DNA from: a virus
Lineage: Duplodnaviria > Caudoviricetes
DNA: 64,000 nucleotides
Strand: one strand, 5' to 3'
Virus record (IMG/VR): IMGVR_UViG_3300026121_000008
Location: 47,943 to 111,942 of that record
Shown here: piece by piece, positions 19,851 to 30,009 of the stretch
How positions within the stretch are numbered: position 1 is the first letter of the stretch
How the letters are laid out: each line of letters begins with the position of its first letter
Program-made: the position numbers and the translations under genes
The notes under the pieces: generated by a model
The model's database searches: none
What the model saw: the letters and a program-made list of their open reading frames with translations, nothing else
What the model was told of the DNA's origin: nothing

Positions 19851-20048
19851 ATGCCCATCACCACCCACGAGCAGCAGCGCAGTGATCTCCTCCTGAAGAA
19901 ACTCCAAGCTGGTGTGGCTACCCCCGAGGAACAGCAGGAAGCGTCGGTCCAGTTCCAACGGCAGCAGTCTCAGATGGACCAGCTTCAACGGATCATCGAG
20001 ATGACATACCAGTCACTGGCTCCGCTGATCCGTCCCGGACGTCGGTAA
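19851..20048 (+). CDS. Hypothetical protein
   Basis: Closely packed ORF in the operon. Confidence 0.5.
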   Translation: MPITTHEQQRSDLLLKKLQAGVATPEEQQEASVQFQRQQSQMDQLQRIIEMTYQSLAPLIRPGRR

Positions 20049-20056
20049 GGTGTCTC

Positions 20057-20254
20057 ATGCTTCGCTGGCTCGAAGACGGTCACCTCGCAGACAGAGAGCG
20101 GTGGATACAGAGACGACGCCTGACAGCGGGGGATCGGTTTAGCCAAGAGGCCCGGTCCAACGGCGGATTGACCCGCGCTAAGCGTCTCTCCCCTGAACGC
20201 CGAGAGCAGATCGCCCGTCTTGCCGCCTTGACCCGGTGGAGGCTCTACCAGTGA
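20057..20254 (+). CDS. Small basic protein
   Basis: GG.TRAKRLSPERREQIAR.AA..RW motif. Confidence 0.55.
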   Translation: MLRWLEDGHLADRERWIQRRRLTAGDRFSQEARSNGGLTRAKRLSPERREQIARLAALTRWRLYQ

Positions 20255-20360
20255 TGGTCTTCGTGGTGATACTGGTGGTCGCCTCGCTGGTGATCGTCGG
20301 CGGGATTGCGGCTCTTATTTTGCTGGGGAGTGTCATCAAGGACCATGAGGAGAAAGATCG

Positions 20361-20669
20361 GTGACGAGACCTGAGTTGTTGCGCGTGTTCGTTGGCTTCC
20401 TGTCGGCCAATCTCTCCGAGTTGCATACCGTCGAGATTCCTCTCCTCGCCCAACAGGTGGAGAAGTTCTTGCACCACTTCCCGCGTGAAGCGAAGGATGA
20501 GTTGGTGGAGCCGGTCCTGCGACTGAGGGAAGACCTCACAGCCAAAACGGCAGCACTCTATCGGGCGCATAGTGATTACACCGAAGGCAAAGCCGATGCG
20601 TTTGATCAGGTCGTGGATTGTTTGGATGCGATCCTTACGGAAGCGGGGCAGGCCCTCCCGAAAAGTTGA
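20361..20669 (+). CDS. Hypothetical protein
   Basis: GAGGAG RBS, GTG start. Confidence 0.5.
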   Translation: MTRPELLRVFVGFLSANLSELHTVEIPLLAQQVEKFLHHFPREAKDELVEPVLRLREDLTAKTAALYRAHSDYTEGKADAFDQVVDCLDAILTEAGQALPKS

Positions 20670-21044
20670 CGAATATTACCCTCTCGTGGTAGAGTTGCAC
20701 TCAAGTGCCACGAGTCGGACAAGGAGCAGGTCCATGGGCAAGAAAAGTCCTCTCAAGCCGACGACGCATGGTGTGAGTCAGACCCCCGGTGTGCAAAAAC
20801 CGGACACCTTCAAGCCGAAGGACGACAAGGAACCGCATGTGATCGCGCCTGCGGAGAAGTCGATGCCCAAGAAGTAGAGTCACGATGATCGACTGGGTGT
20901 GGTTCACGAACCGATGGGGGGCGTCACGGCTCAGACCCGTGGTGGTCCCCCCACCTCCAGTGACAACCGTTCTGCGTCGATTGGCGGCGAAGAAGGCACA
21001 GAAGCAGGACCGGGCTCTCGCCCGATGGGCGAAGAAGAAGACCG

Positions 21045-21665
21045 ATGGCTCTTAGCTTCTTTGACCGCTTCCAAGCCCTTGGGGAAGTCAAGTTTCGGAA
21101 GCTCCTGAACCGCCTGATGCGCGGCCAGCCTCCGGCGGCTCTCGCCCATGAGATGCAGCAGAAGCCTCCACTGGGTTGGGGGGACTTCCAGAACGTCTCG
21201 GAGCGGCACCTCACCCTCCACCTGATTCGCCTCCGGAAGGGCATGGCTGAGGGTCTGTTCGGGGAAGAGATGGCCAAGAAGATCGCCCAAGGGGAGCGGC
21301 CCCAGATTAAGTATCTGGAGAAAATCTCCACAGGGTCACTGGGCCGTCTCGAAGAACTCTCCGACGTGCAGCGGGATCGCGTCTTCACGCTCATCGAGCA
21401 GGAGAAGGAGACGCTCACGGGCTACGCTACCACCAACGACGTGGTCGATGGCTATCGCAAGCTCCTCCTCGACATCCAGAAGATCCGGTTCGAGATGGGC
21501 CTCGATGAATACAAAGGCCCCGTCAGTGGCACGCTGGTGCGCGGAGCCAGTCAGACGACCGCCTTCTCCGATGGCACCAGTGTGCAGAAGCAAGTCTACG
21601 AAGCCGTCTCGACCATCGAGAAGATTTTCGACGCTCGAAGAATCCCGCACGCCTCGAATGACTGA
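21045..21665 (+). CDS. Putative terminase small subunit
   Basis: Helical ~200-aa protein shortly upstream of the large terminase; positional inference. Confidence 0.4.
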   Translation: MALSFFDRFQALGEVKFRKLLNRLMRGQPPAALAHEMQQKPPLGWGDFQNVSERHLTLHLIRLRKGMAEGLFGEEMAKKIAQGERPQIKYLEKISTGSLGRLEELSDVQRDRVFTLIEQEKETLTGYATTNDVVDGYRKLLLDIQKIRFEMGLDEYKGPVSGTLVRGASQTTAFSDGTSVQKQVYEAVSTIEKIFDARRIPHASND

Positions 21666-21877
21666 TGCTGATTTTCAGGAGGACGGAAGTCCACGAAGAG
21701 ATTACCCTGCAGTGTCCGCACTGTGAGTACCCATGGCATGCCGCGACGAATGTCGTGGGCGCGTGGTGGGTGGTGCCCGTGCAAGTGATTGCCATGCAGT
21801 GCTACTGTCCCCGGTGTGACGGCCCTCCGCCCATGGATGTGCGGAACGTGACCCATGCTCATTATCAAGTCCGGTAA
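21665..21877 (+). CDS. Small zinc-ribbon protein
   Basis: CPHC...CPRC. Confidence 0.55.
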   Translation: MLIFRRTEVHEEITLQCPHCEYPWHAATNVVGAWWVVPVQVIAMQCYCPRCDGPPPMDVRNVTHAHYQVR

Positions 21878-23849
21878 TGCACTCCCCAAGCCCAAACCGC
21901 CGAAGGACTATCTGGACGAGGTGAATGCACGGGCCTATGACTACCTGAAGCACTATCTGGGACAGCAGCACGCCGAGGATCTCTGGCAGACCGGGCAGAG
22001 CCTGTCCGACCCGCATGAGCGGGCGATGTTCTTCGCGCAGGCCGTCATCCATGTCGAGCAGGAACTGCGTGGGCAGAAATCGACCGCCATGCAGGAGTTC
22101 GCCCAGTACCGCTGGAAGCCTGTGGGCGTCCGGGAGTTCATTTGCTCGAAGCATTACTTGAACAAGGAACAGGAAATCTATCCGGGCGTGCTCGAAGCCG
22201 CTGAGGAATTGAACAACGGACAGTACGTCGAAGCCATCATGACCGGGGGCATCGGCTCCGGGAAGACGACGCTGGCTCTCTACACCAACGCCTACCAGTT
22301 GTATCTCCTCTCGTGCCTGCGAAGCCCGCATAAGCAGTTCGGGTTGGACCCAAGCTCCGAAATTCTCCTCGTGTTCCAGTCCATGACGATGCAGTTGGCC
22401 CGAGGGGTGGACTACCAACGCTTCCGGAACATGATCGAGGGCAGTGCCTACTTTTTGAAGCACTACCCCTTCGACAAGCAGGTGACGTCTAAGCTCGTGT
22501 TCCCCAACCGGGTGGAGGTGCTCCCGATCTCCGGCTCCGAGACTGCGGCCATCGGCCAGAACGTGATGGGTGGATTGATCGATGAGTTGAACTACATGGC
22601 GGTGGTGGAGAAGTCTCGTGTCGCCGTGGACCGAGGCACGTATGATCAGGCGGTCCTGATCTACAACTCCATCGCTCGCCGCCGCAAGTCCCGGTTCATG
22701 GAGAACGGTAAACTTCCCGGCATCCTGTGTCTCGTGTCCAGTAAGAAGTACCCCGGCCAGTTCACAGATCAGAAGGTGGCCGAGGCCGAGAAAGATCCAA
22801 CCATCTTCATCTACGACAAGCGGGTCTGGGACATTAAGCCAGAGGGCTTTGGGAACCAAGGCTGGTTTCAGGTGTTCGCGGGCGACCTGACCCGTAAACC
22901 CCGCATCCTGACGACCGAGGACCGGGTGGCGGAGATTGACCGGCCTCTTGTGGTCCACGTCCCGGAGGAGTTCCGGTTGGAGTTCGAGAAGGACGTCATC
23001 AACGCCCTCCGTGAGATTGCCGGAGTCAGCACGCTGGCTCGTCATCCCTTCTTCCTCGAAGTGGACAAGGTCCATGCGGCCTTCAAGTCCCGAGAGTCCA
23101 TCTTCTCCCAGCCTGTGGTAGACTTCGTCACGCAACGGCTCACGCTCCTCAAGCAGCACTTCTGGAATCCGGAGGTACCTCGCTTCGCCCACTGTGACTT
23201 GGCCCTCTCTGGGGACAGCGCAGGGCTGGCGATTGGCACGGTGAAAGGGTTCAAGGCCGTCTCCAGTGATCCGCAACAGCCTGCCTACATGCCGGAGATC
23301 TGGATCGACGGGGTGCTGGAGATCCGGCCCCCGAGGAATTGCGAGATCCTGCTCGGCAAGATCCGGGAGGTCATCATCGTCTTGAAACGGATGGGCCTGA
23401 ACATCGTCTGGGTCACGTTCGACCAGTTCCAGTCGAGCGACTCCCAGCAGATTCTGCGACAGCAGGGGTTGATTACCGGACATCAGTCCATGGACGACAT
23501 GCCCTGCAGGCCCTATGATTTCTGTAAGACGGCAATGTATGAGGGGCGGATGAATATTCCGGTCCACTCGAAGCTCCAGCGGGAGATCCTGATGCTGGAG
23601 AAGGATATGAAGACCGGGAAGGTGGATCATCCCCCAGCCGGGAGCAAGGACTTGTCCGATGCCCTCGCCGGGGTGACGTATGGCCTGACCATGCGGCGGG
23701 AACTGTGGGGCCTGTACCGCATCCCCACCCTGATGATCCCGCAGAGTGTCTATGCCAACGTAGACAAGCTGAAGAAGCCGGAGGACCAACCCAACTATCA
23801 ATCGGAACTGTCGTTGGCCTCCTCGACGTTCGGCGCAGGCGTGGCCTGA
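21855..23849 (+). CDS. terL: Terminase large subunit
   Basis: GGIGSGKT Walker A, LIDE Walker B, RNase H-like HCDLA...TFDQFQS...KVDHP...KDLSDALAG. Confidence 0.88.
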   Translation: MLIIKSGNALPKPKPPKDYLDEVNARAYDYLKHYLGQQHAEDLWQTGQSLSDPHERAMFFAQAVIHVEQELRGQKSTAMQEFAQYRWKPVGVREFICSKHYLNKEQEIYPGVLEAAEELNNGQYVEAIMTGGIGSGKTTLALYTNAYQLYLLSCLRSPHKQFGLDPSSEILLVFQSMTMQLARGVDYQRFRNMIEGSAYFLKHYPFDKQVTSKLVFPNRVEVLPISGSETAAIGQNVMGGLIDELNYMAVVEKSRVAVDRGTYDQAVLIYNSIARRRKSRFMENGKLPGILCLVSSKKYPGQFTDQKVAEAEKDPTIFIYDKRVWDIKPEGFGNQGWFQVFAGDLTRKPRILTTEDRVAEIDRPLVVHVPEEFRLEFEKDVINALREIAGVSTLARHPFFLEVDKVHAAFKSRESIFSQPVVDFVTQRLTLLKQHFWNPEVPRFAHCDLALSGDSAGLAIGTVKGFKAVSSDPQQPAYMPEIWIDGVLEIRPPRNCEILLGKIREVIIVLKRMGLNIVWVTFDQFQSSDSQQILRQQGLITGHQSMDDMPCRPYDFCKTAMYEGRMNIPVHSKLQREILMLEKDMKTGKVDHPPAGSKDLSDALAGVTYGLTMRRELWGLYRIPTLMIPQSVYANVDKLKKPEDQPNYQSELSLASSTFGAGVA

Positions 23850-24169
23850 CAGTCCTCCGAGAAGGCAGGCCCGTAGATGTCCTCGAAGTCCAACGGCGTC
23901 TCGGTGCAGACTACCAGAGCCCGGTTACAACTTGTACAAAAAGCGTTCCAACGGCCTGCCGGGTCGTTGGGCCTTCGATGCCATGGACGAAGGTCATGCC
24001 CCAGCTTGCGGGCCTGAGCCCCGGCAGCACGCTTCCGAGCGGCGACGTCTCCGAACTGGTCCACAACCTCGTAGTCCTGTCGGAACGCCTTGGGTTGCGC
24101 CTTGGAGAGCAACAATGACTTGCGCGGTTTGTAGTCCTTCCGTTTAGCCGCAACGAACTTCAGTGCCAT
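23798..24169 (-). CDS. Hypothetical protein (the only clear minus-strand gene)
   Basis: AAGGAG RBS and own promoter on the minus strand; GH...CTSC motif. Confidence 0.65.
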   Translation of the reverse strand: MALKFVAAKRKDYKPRKSLLLSKAQPKAFRQDYEVVDQFGDVAARKRAAGAQARKLGHDLRPWHRRPNDPAGRWNAFCTSCNRALVVCTETPLDFEDIYGPAFSEDCQATPAPNVEEANDSSD

Positions 24170-24213
24170 GCACACACTCCTTTTGAGTTACGCTCACTCC
24201 TTGAGCCTCATAG

Positions 24214-24243
24214 ATCTTAGCACAGGTCCGGGAAGTTTGTCAA
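24214..24243 (-). promoter_or_regulatory. Leftward promoter of a divergent pair
   Basis: TTGACA-18 bp-TAAGAT with extended TG on the minus strand. Confidence 0.7.
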
Positions 24244-24265
24244 ACTGCAAGTAAATGCAGGCGAG

Positions 24266-24295
24266 TTGACAAAGCCCGAAGTGGTGTGCTAAGAT
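24266..24295 (+). promoter_or_regulatory. Rightward promoter of a divergent pair
   Basis: TTGACA-18 bp-TAAGAT with extended TG. Confidence 0.7.
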
Positions 24296-24337
24296 CTATG
24301 GAGCGTCGAAAGCTCAGACGCACAGAAGGAGTCTGAC

Positions 24338-24580
24338 ATGCGAAAGAAGAAGACCACCCCGCTGCTCGTGCCCCAGCCCGTCAAGATCGATAGCCGGATC
24401 TGTTTCGGGATTGCCTACTTCACGTCCAAGAAAGACGCCGAGACATACGACCGCTACGTGCGGGAGCAGGGACTCACCTACAATGGCGGCTACTTCCATG
24501 GGATGTCGTGTGGACGAGACGCGACGTGGGATCACGTTGATCAATCCTCTGGTAAGCAGTTGTATGCGGTGACGATGTAA
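24338..24580 (+). CDS. Hypothetical protein
   Basis: AAGGAG RBS after the promoter. Confidence 0.65.
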   Translation: MRKKKTTPLLVPQPVKIDSRICFGIAYFTSKKDAETYDRYVREQGLTYNGGYFHGMSCGRDATWDHVDQSSGKQLYAVTM

Positions 24581-24792
24581 TGAACCTCATTCGTTGGCGG
24601 CTGAACGATCCAGCAGACGAATGGACTACCCGGTGGACGAAAGTCCATCGGGTCTCTTTGCACGCGAATGACTTGACGGCGTGTCATATGGCCATTCCGG
24701 AATATCCGTACATGACAGATAGGGATGACCAGATTCCAGAAGATGCGCCACGGTGTAAACGATGTGCCAAGCCAGATCATCGTGAGGGATAA
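24580..24792 (+). CDS. Hypothetical zinc-binding protein
   Basis: H...C...CKRC; TAATG coupling. Confidence 0.55.
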   Translation: MNLIRWRLNDPADEWTTRWTKVHRVSLHANDLTACHMAIPEYPYMTDRDDQIPEDAPRCKRCAKPDHREG

Positions 24793-24984
24793 ATTAACGT
24801 GACAAAGAAAGAACGAGACAAGCTCCAGAAGGAGCAGCGGCTGTTGCGATATCGCCAGATCGTGGGTACGAGCACACGGGATGACCGGGCGCGGATCGCG
24901 GAGATCCAGAAGACGCTGAACCCGCAATCGGACGATCAAGTAGGGCTTGCACCCCGCTTGATAAAGTGATAGAGTGCGCCCAGC

Positions 24985-26892
24985 ATGCCGCGCTATGACC
25001 GTCTGGGCAATATCGCGTTCGGAGTAGATCGCTACGTAGGGGTGCAACGACGGGGTGAGGCGGCGCGGGTCATCGCGGAGCCTGCGAACCAACCCGGTTG
25101 GCTCTTCGACAACGTCCTCCTCTGGCAGCAGGATGCGTTCAACGACCCACCCCTGCCCGAGCCTTACTTCAAGGCCGAGGATGGACGGACGTGGCCGGGA
25201 CGGGCCAATGAGTTATGCGCCGGAGGCAACCGGTGGGTGAGTCTCCTCATCCCAGCGGAAGGCCCCCGGCTCACCACCAGTGAGGGCCGGGTCATCCCGC
25301 ATGCGGGCAAGCACGCCGTGGGGGTGGACGGCACCCTGATCTACAGTCCGTATCGCCAACTGGCCAACGGGGTCCGGATTGAACTGTCCAATGGGAGCGT
25401 CATCCTCGATGACCCGAACTCCCCCATCGTCAGCAGTACGTGCATCGACCGTCATGCTGCTGCATGGTGGAACAACACGACCACACTGGGAGTCTACGAG
25501 GATGGCAACGTCCGCTACTGCCAACTGGCCTACCCGGCGTATGGTGGCAAGCTCTTCCGACTCGACGGGGACTTGCATGTGGTCTACTCTGGCCCCCAGA
25601 ATCTCGTTATCCATGCTGTCGATGATGCGACGAGAGGCTGGCTGGTCGGTCCAGTCGAGCATACCTACAACCCTGACGCGATTGAGCTTCCCAACGGCCA
25701 GTTTTTCGTCTGCTTCTCGCTGACCGCCGGGGAGCGAGTCGAGGACATTCGTGAAGCCCAGATCACGATGGAGCCTCAGCCCTTCCCGAAGCCCGAGGAG
25801 CCCCCTCCTGCGACCGTGCCGGAGTTCGTGGTGGCCCATCGTCCCCTGCCTGTGGGTGCGTGGTTCGAGGGCAACCAGTACAACCTCGCAGAGGCGGGAG
25901 CGGGCGCGGAGCGGCACCCCGTGGACCGGATGACCCGAGGGGTGTTCGTGGATATTTCCGCAGAGAACCCCCCCACAGCCAACGCCCGGAGCTTAGCCCG
26001 GAGTATCGGCTGGCCTTGTTACGAGTACGTGGATGGTCGCCCTCATGATCGGGAGGTCGCCGCTGATTCGTATGCGATGGTGTGCGCGTATGCGAACAGC
26101 CACGAGTCCGCTGAACAGAACCTGCACTCAATTGCAGAGGACGTGTCCAGAAACCAAAGCCGTCCATGGGCGATGGCCCTCTCCCTCCATCGAGGTATCA
26201 CCGGAGAGGGCTATGACCGCCCGGAGCAGTTAGTCCTCGACGTGGCCGCAGGCGCATGGAAGCTGGCGGTCGATCATGGGGCCAAGGCCGTCTGGATCTT
26301 CGCCTTCGACCGAGGGAATGGCCGGGACGGCTGCACCCGTTTCCCGACGTTCATGACCGCCCTCCATAAGATGCGGTATGCCAGTGACAACTGGGAGGCG
26401 TTTCCGCCCTACTCCATTCCTGTCCCTCCCAAACCCCCCACCGGCCTGTATCCGACAGTGCCACTCTACAAAGGACACGGTATGACTGAAGTCGATGGAT
26501 TTCTGATTGGAGCCGCCGCGAAGACGGGTCGTGTGGACCCGAATGACCGGGACCAGAATGGTCGTCCGAAGGTGCATTGGGATCGGCAACTCCGTCCCGG
26601 TGATCGAGCCGGTGGGCAGGAACTGGTCCGCGCCAAGAAGCAGAGCAACGGCAAGTGGATCTTGGTGTACGTGGAAGCAAACGTCGCCATGAACGGGGCT
26701 CCGGACTGGCAGTGTGCCGACGCCAGCAGCCGCCAGTTCGAGACCCGCCCCCTCGACCAAGTTGGTGGAGACGAGCAGTGGATGCTCGTGGTCATGCCCG
26801 ATGGGCGCATCCAAGGCCAGACCATCTTCGACTGGGAGAACGGGATCAAGTTCTCGGGCGTCCCGGTGACCTTTGTCGAGAATCCCAAGTGA
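24985..26892 (+). CDS. Large multidomain hypothetical protein (possibly carbohydrate-active or virion-associated)
   Basis: 635-aa ORF, three segments separated by Pro-rich linkers. Confidence 0.6.
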   Translation: MPRYDRLGNIAFGVDRYVGVQRRGEAARVIAEPANQPGWLFDNVLLWQQDAFNDPPLPEPYFKAEDGRTWPGRANELCAGGNRWVSLLIPAEGPRLTTSEGRVIPHAGKHAVGVDGTLIYSPYRQLANGVRIELSNGSVILDDPNSPIVSSTCIDRHAAAWWNNTTTLGVYEDGNVRYCQLAYPAYGGKLFRLDGDLHVVYSGPQNLVIHAVDDATRGWLVGPVEHTYNPDAIELPNGQFFVCFSLTAGERVEDIREAQITMEPQPFPKPEEPPPATVPEFVVAHRPLPVGAWFEGNQYNLAEAGAGAERHPVDRMTRGVFVDISAENPPTANARSLARSIGWPCYEYVDGRPHDREVAADSYAMVCAYANSHESAEQNLHSIAEDVSRNQSRPWAMALSLHRGITGEGYDRPEQLVLDVAAGAWKLAVDHGAKAVWIFAFDRGNGRDGCTRFPTFMTALHKMRYASDNWEAFPPYSIPVPPKPPTGLYPTVPLYKGHGMTEVDGFLIGAAAKTGRVDPNDRDQNGRPKVHWDRQLRPGDRAGGQELVRAKKQSNGKWILVYVEANVAMNGAPDWQCADASSRQFETRPLDQVGGDEQWMLVVMPDGRIQGQTIFDWENGIKFSGVPVTFVENPK

Positions 26893-26964
26893 CCTGCTGT
26901 GGATCAAGTGGATGTTGATCGTCAACATCCTGCTGTGGCTGCTGATTCTTGTAAAGGTGTGGTG

Positions 26965-27213
26965 ATGACCAAGTCCCCGATGACGGACCAAGACTGGCAG
27001 GAGATCCGGTTCGCCCTGCAGGATGCCATTGACCGGATGATCACGGCGCGTGATCAGCGAGCCGATGTGGACAGCCGCGCCATCTCGATTGCCATCACGC
27101 ATGCCCAGACGGCCTTGCTGTGGCTCTTGCAGTCGCGGCAGGATCTGATCACGCCGACTGAATCGACGGACCCGGACGAACCCATGAACCGCAAGCAAGT
27201 GTCCGGTCGGTGA
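26965..27213 (+). CDS. Hypothetical protein
   Basis: [18 protein letters not shown] helix typical of small phage proteins. Confidence 0.5.
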   Translation: MTKSPMTDQDWQEIRFALQDAIDRMITARDQRADVDSRAISIAITHAQTALLWLLQSRQDLITPTESTDPDEPMNRKQVSGR

Positions 27214-27959
27214 CCCTCATGGCCTGCACTTGTCCAACTGAACTGCCGCCGCTGAGTGTTTCGAGCTTTAACGAATCGATTTACATCATCCTACAGTGTC
27301 AGGATCACGGCGTGGCGGCGTGGGCACCGGGGGGCATTCCCGGTCCTCCCGGCGCACAAGGCCCTCCCGGTCCTCAAGGGGAACCCGGCCCTGCTGGACC
27401 GCAAGGAGAGACAGGGCCAGCCGGTCCTCCCGGTCCTGAAGGTCCATTAGGACCAGAGGGAGAGCGTGGTGAACCCGGAGCGGACGGGGCGTTAGGCCCT
27501 ACGGGGCCGATGGGTCCGACTGGACCTACTGGTGAACCCGGCCAACGTGGCCCTGACGGGGCCAAGGGTGAGATGGGACCGATGGGGCCTCCCGGAGAGC
27601 AAGGCCCGCAAGGCGACACCGGGAAAGACGGCATGGACGGGCGAGACGGGTCCACCGGCCCCCAAGGTGACCCCGGACGAGATGGCCCGCCCGGACCCAT
27701 GGGGCCACAAGGCCCTCCCGGTGAAGAGGGTCCAGCCGGTCCTGCCGGGATGACCCGTGAAGAAGTCCAGTCGATGATCGAATCCGCCCTCCGGGATGCC
27801 GTCATGCTGGGCATGAAGATCGCGCTGCAGTCGGATAGCGGGAAGATCCTCTCTGCCATCAACGGTGGCCCGATGGTCGATGAGATGCCGTTCCAACTGG
27901 TCGCCAAGAGTGAAGTGCATGCCCACGAGACGTGGGTCATCGTGAAGGGACAAGGCTAA
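27210..27959 (+). CDS. Collagen-like protein
   Basis: Long Gly-X-Y run. Confidence 0.85.
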   Translation: MTLMACTCPTELPPLSVSSFNESIYIILQCQDHGVAAWAPGGIPGPPGAQGPPGPQGEPGPAGPQGETGPAGPPGPEGPLGPEGERGEPGADGALGPTGPMGPTGPTGEPGQRGPDGAKGEMGPMGPPGEQGPQGDTGKDGMDGRDGSTGPQGDPGRDGPPGPMGPQGPPGEEGPAGPAGMTREEVQSMIESALRDAVMLGMKIALQSDSGKILSAINGGPMVDEMPFQLVAKSEVHAHETWVIVKGQG

Positions 27960-29017
27960 TGGGTATCGCTGACGAACTTCCGCACGTCCCGCTGTATGAC
28001 CCTATCTCCGGAGGCGGGCCTATCGGGAGCCGTCCGTCGAGAGACGAGATCCTGAAGGCATGGTTGGTCGCGGATATCGCCCCCACCTACATCGAGGAAA
28101 TCTGGCGCACGTCGAGGTCCGTCCCTGAGACCGTGACTCTCGGACGACGTCCTATCCCCCGGCAGCTTGTGGCTATCGAAGGCCGAGGCTCCGGTCTTGG
28201 AGAGGGCAAAGACATTTTGGGAACGTGGCACTGGCTTGATTTCGATGACCAGTTGTTCCACACCGTCGCCCCGAAGTATCGGGACATAGGTGGCAATCGT
28301 TGCATCCCCTGCTCCCTGATGGTCTCGAACTACCAAGGGCGCACGTTCGACTTCACTCAGAACCCCGATCTCCTCCGACGACGACTGGAGCGGTGCTACG
28401 AGTATGGGCTGCTCCCCATGATCTCTCTGCACTGTCGAGGCGGAGCCGTGGGAGAGGGTGCGGCTTCCGTGGACATTTTGCGGAATTTGTTCCCAAAAAT
28501 CGCAGATCTGGTCGATGCCGCCTTCCTCGACTGGGAACTCGTGGTGGATGGCAGTCAAGCTGCGTATGAGCCACAGGACATCGAGCACACGCTGGACATC
28601 GTCCGGGAGCATCGTCCCCAGTGTGTGATCGGCGTCGAGTTCGCGACTCCCTACGGCCACGAACCTATCTGCTATGACGGGAGAGCCGTCCCCAAAGGGG
28701 AAGAAGCCAATTGGTATTGGAACAAAGGTCCGGGCCAGCGGATGGACGTCCTCATGCTGGAGATCGCCTACGACCGAGCCGATGACCCGGCCCAGCATGT
28801 GGATGACGTTGCCGGAGCGACGTGTCGCTTCCAAGGGACGTGGCAGAACAAACCCAACGATCCGGACAACTGGAGAGGGCCTGACTACGGGTGCCACAAG
28901 ACCGTGATGCAGTTCGAGTATGCCGCCTACCTCCGATGGTCCACTGCCCGGAAAAAAGAACGCCGGGAACTGACCCAACGGCATGTGCCGCCTCTTCGGG
29001 CTTGGGGTGAAGGCTAG
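27959..29017 (+). CDS. Hypothetical protein (possible glycoside-hydrolase-like barrel)
   Basis: Coupled to the collagen gene; alternating alpha/beta pattern with WE and FE motifs. Confidence 0.45.
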   Translation: MGIADELPHVPLYDPISGGGPIGSRPSRDEILKAWLVADIAPTYIEEIWRTSRSVPETVTLGRRPIPRQLVAIEGRGSGLGEGKDILGTWHWLDFDDQLFHTVAPKYRDIGGNRCIPCSLMVSNYQGRTFDFTQNPDLLRRRLERCYEYGLLPMISLHCRGGAVGEGAASVDILRNLFPKIADLVDAAFLDWELVVDGSQAAYEPQDIEHTLDIVREHRPQCVIGVEFATPYGHEPICYDGRAVPKGEEANWYWNKGPGQRMDVLMLEIAYDRADDPAQHVDDVAGATCRFQGTWQNKPNDPDNWRGPDYGCHKTVMQFEYAAYLRWSTARKKERRELTQRHVPPLRAWGEG

Positions 29018-29053
29018 TCTGTGTTATGATGGAGGTTCCCAAGGAGTGGGCAG

Positions 29054-29242
29054 ATGCAGAACCGCTACAAGGTATTACTGAACGGCGAACAGCCCGTCCC
29101 GGAATTCGAGGGCACGTTGGAACAGGCCAACGACCTCGTGGACTGGCTCGTGGACTTTTGGGGCTTCAAGCGGACGGACGACTTCGAGATCCTCCCATTT
29201 ATCACCCAAATCCGAGGACTTGACAAACCCTCACAGTTGTGA
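29054..29242 (+). CDS. Hypothetical protein
   Basis: AAGGAG RBS. Confidence 0.5.
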   Translation: MQNRYKVLLNGEQPVPEFEGTLEQANDLVDWLVDFWGFKRTDDFEILPFITQIRGLDKPSQL

Positions 29243-29249
29243 GAGACTA
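29220..29249 (+). promoter_or_regulatory. Promoter / direct-repeat copy 1 upstream of the tRNA
   Basis: TTGACAAACCCTCACAGTTGTGAGAGACTA. Confidence 0.7.
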
Positions 29250-29259
29250 AAGATTCAAG

Positions 29260-29333
29260 GCCACCGTCGCCAAGAGGCAAGGCACGGGTTTGCAACACCC
29301 GGATCACCGGTTCGAGTCCGGTCGGTGGCTCCA
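29260..29333 (+). tRNA. trnC: tRNA-Cys (GCA)
   Basis: Acceptor stem GCCACCG/CGGTGGC, anticodon arm CGGGT-TTGCAAC-ACCCG, T-loop TTCGAGT, U discriminator, encoded CCA. Confidence 0.92.
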
Positions 29334-29343
29334 AATTTAGAGT

Positions 29344-29373
29344 TTGACAAACTCTCACAGTTGTGAGAAACTA
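29344..29373 (+). promoter_or_regulatory. Promoter / direct-repeat copy 2 downstream of the tRNA
   Basis: TTGACAAACTCTCACAGTTGTGAGAAACTA (28/30 identical to copy 1). Confidence 0.7.
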
Positions 29374-29392
29374 GGTGAAGTCCAAGGAGGAC

Positions 29393-29752
29393 ATGGCAAT
29401 GGTGACGCTCTTCAGAATCTCGATCAAGACGAAGGAAACGGACAAGCGCAAGAATGCCACGGTGTTCCGTTACGTCGTGGCCGCGCTCTCACTGGACGAG
29501 GCGAAGGTACTGGCGGTGGCGAAGTGGATGGACCGGGAGTTGGACGAAAACGACCTGAAGGCCAAATTCCCCCGCATCCGGACGCACACCCTCGACAAGA
29601 TCGCGGAGGTCTACGGGCACGGGATGGACACGCTGGTCTACAACTGCGACATTCAGGGCGACAAGGATCACTCTGAACAACCTGACACGGTTCCGGCCCT
29701 GTCCCATGTGCGGGCGGCACGGGCGCGACTCGACGCCATGGACACGGAGTGA
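29393..29752 (+). CDS. Hypothetical protein
   Basis: AAGGAGG RBS after the promoter. Confidence 0.65.
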   Translation: MAMVTLFRISIKTKETDKRKNATVFRYVVAALSLDEAKVLAVAKWMDRELDENDLKAKFPRIRTHTLDKIAEVYGHGMDTLVYNCDIQGDKDHSEQPDTVPALSHVRAARARLDAMDTE

Positions 29753-29805
29753 GTTGACAAACCCTTCGGGGTGTGAGATACTGAATGGGTCAAGGAGTGG
29801 CCGAA

Positions 29806-30009
29806 ATGAATCTGTGTGACAAGTGTCAGCAAACGGAAGACGTGGAGACCTTCGAGGTCTGCACCTCCCCCCGGTCATGGGGTTCCCCAGCGGAGTACGA
29901 CACCGTACGCCTCTGTGGGGACTGCCAGCGGCTGGAGGAGTATCTGAACAGCCCGGACGCTCGTGAGGACGCCCGTGAGCGGTACGCGGCAGAGGAGGAG
30001 GGCTACTGA
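29806..30009 (+). CDS. Small zinc-finger protein
   Basis: CDKC...CGDC; promoter at 29754. Confidence 0.6.
   Translation: MNLCDKCQQTEDVETFEVCTSPRSWGSPAEYDTVRLCGDCQRLEEYLNSPDAREDARERYAAEEEGY

Noticed and set aside
21702-23801. 699-aa minus-strand ORF and similar long antisense ORFs (e.g. 52386..53468, 38750..40117)
   Set aside because: Shadows of GC-rich plus-strand genes with clear motifs.
24233-24251. Full self-target for the last array unit (AAGTTTGAC + GTTGCAGCC)
   Set aside because: Only 8/9 and about 6/9 matches with a 1-nt offset; not distinguishable from chance by eye.
29260-29333. tRNA as an attachment site or prophage boundary
   Set aside because: No integrase, no duplicated tRNA 3' end noticed, and phage-type genes continue on both sides.
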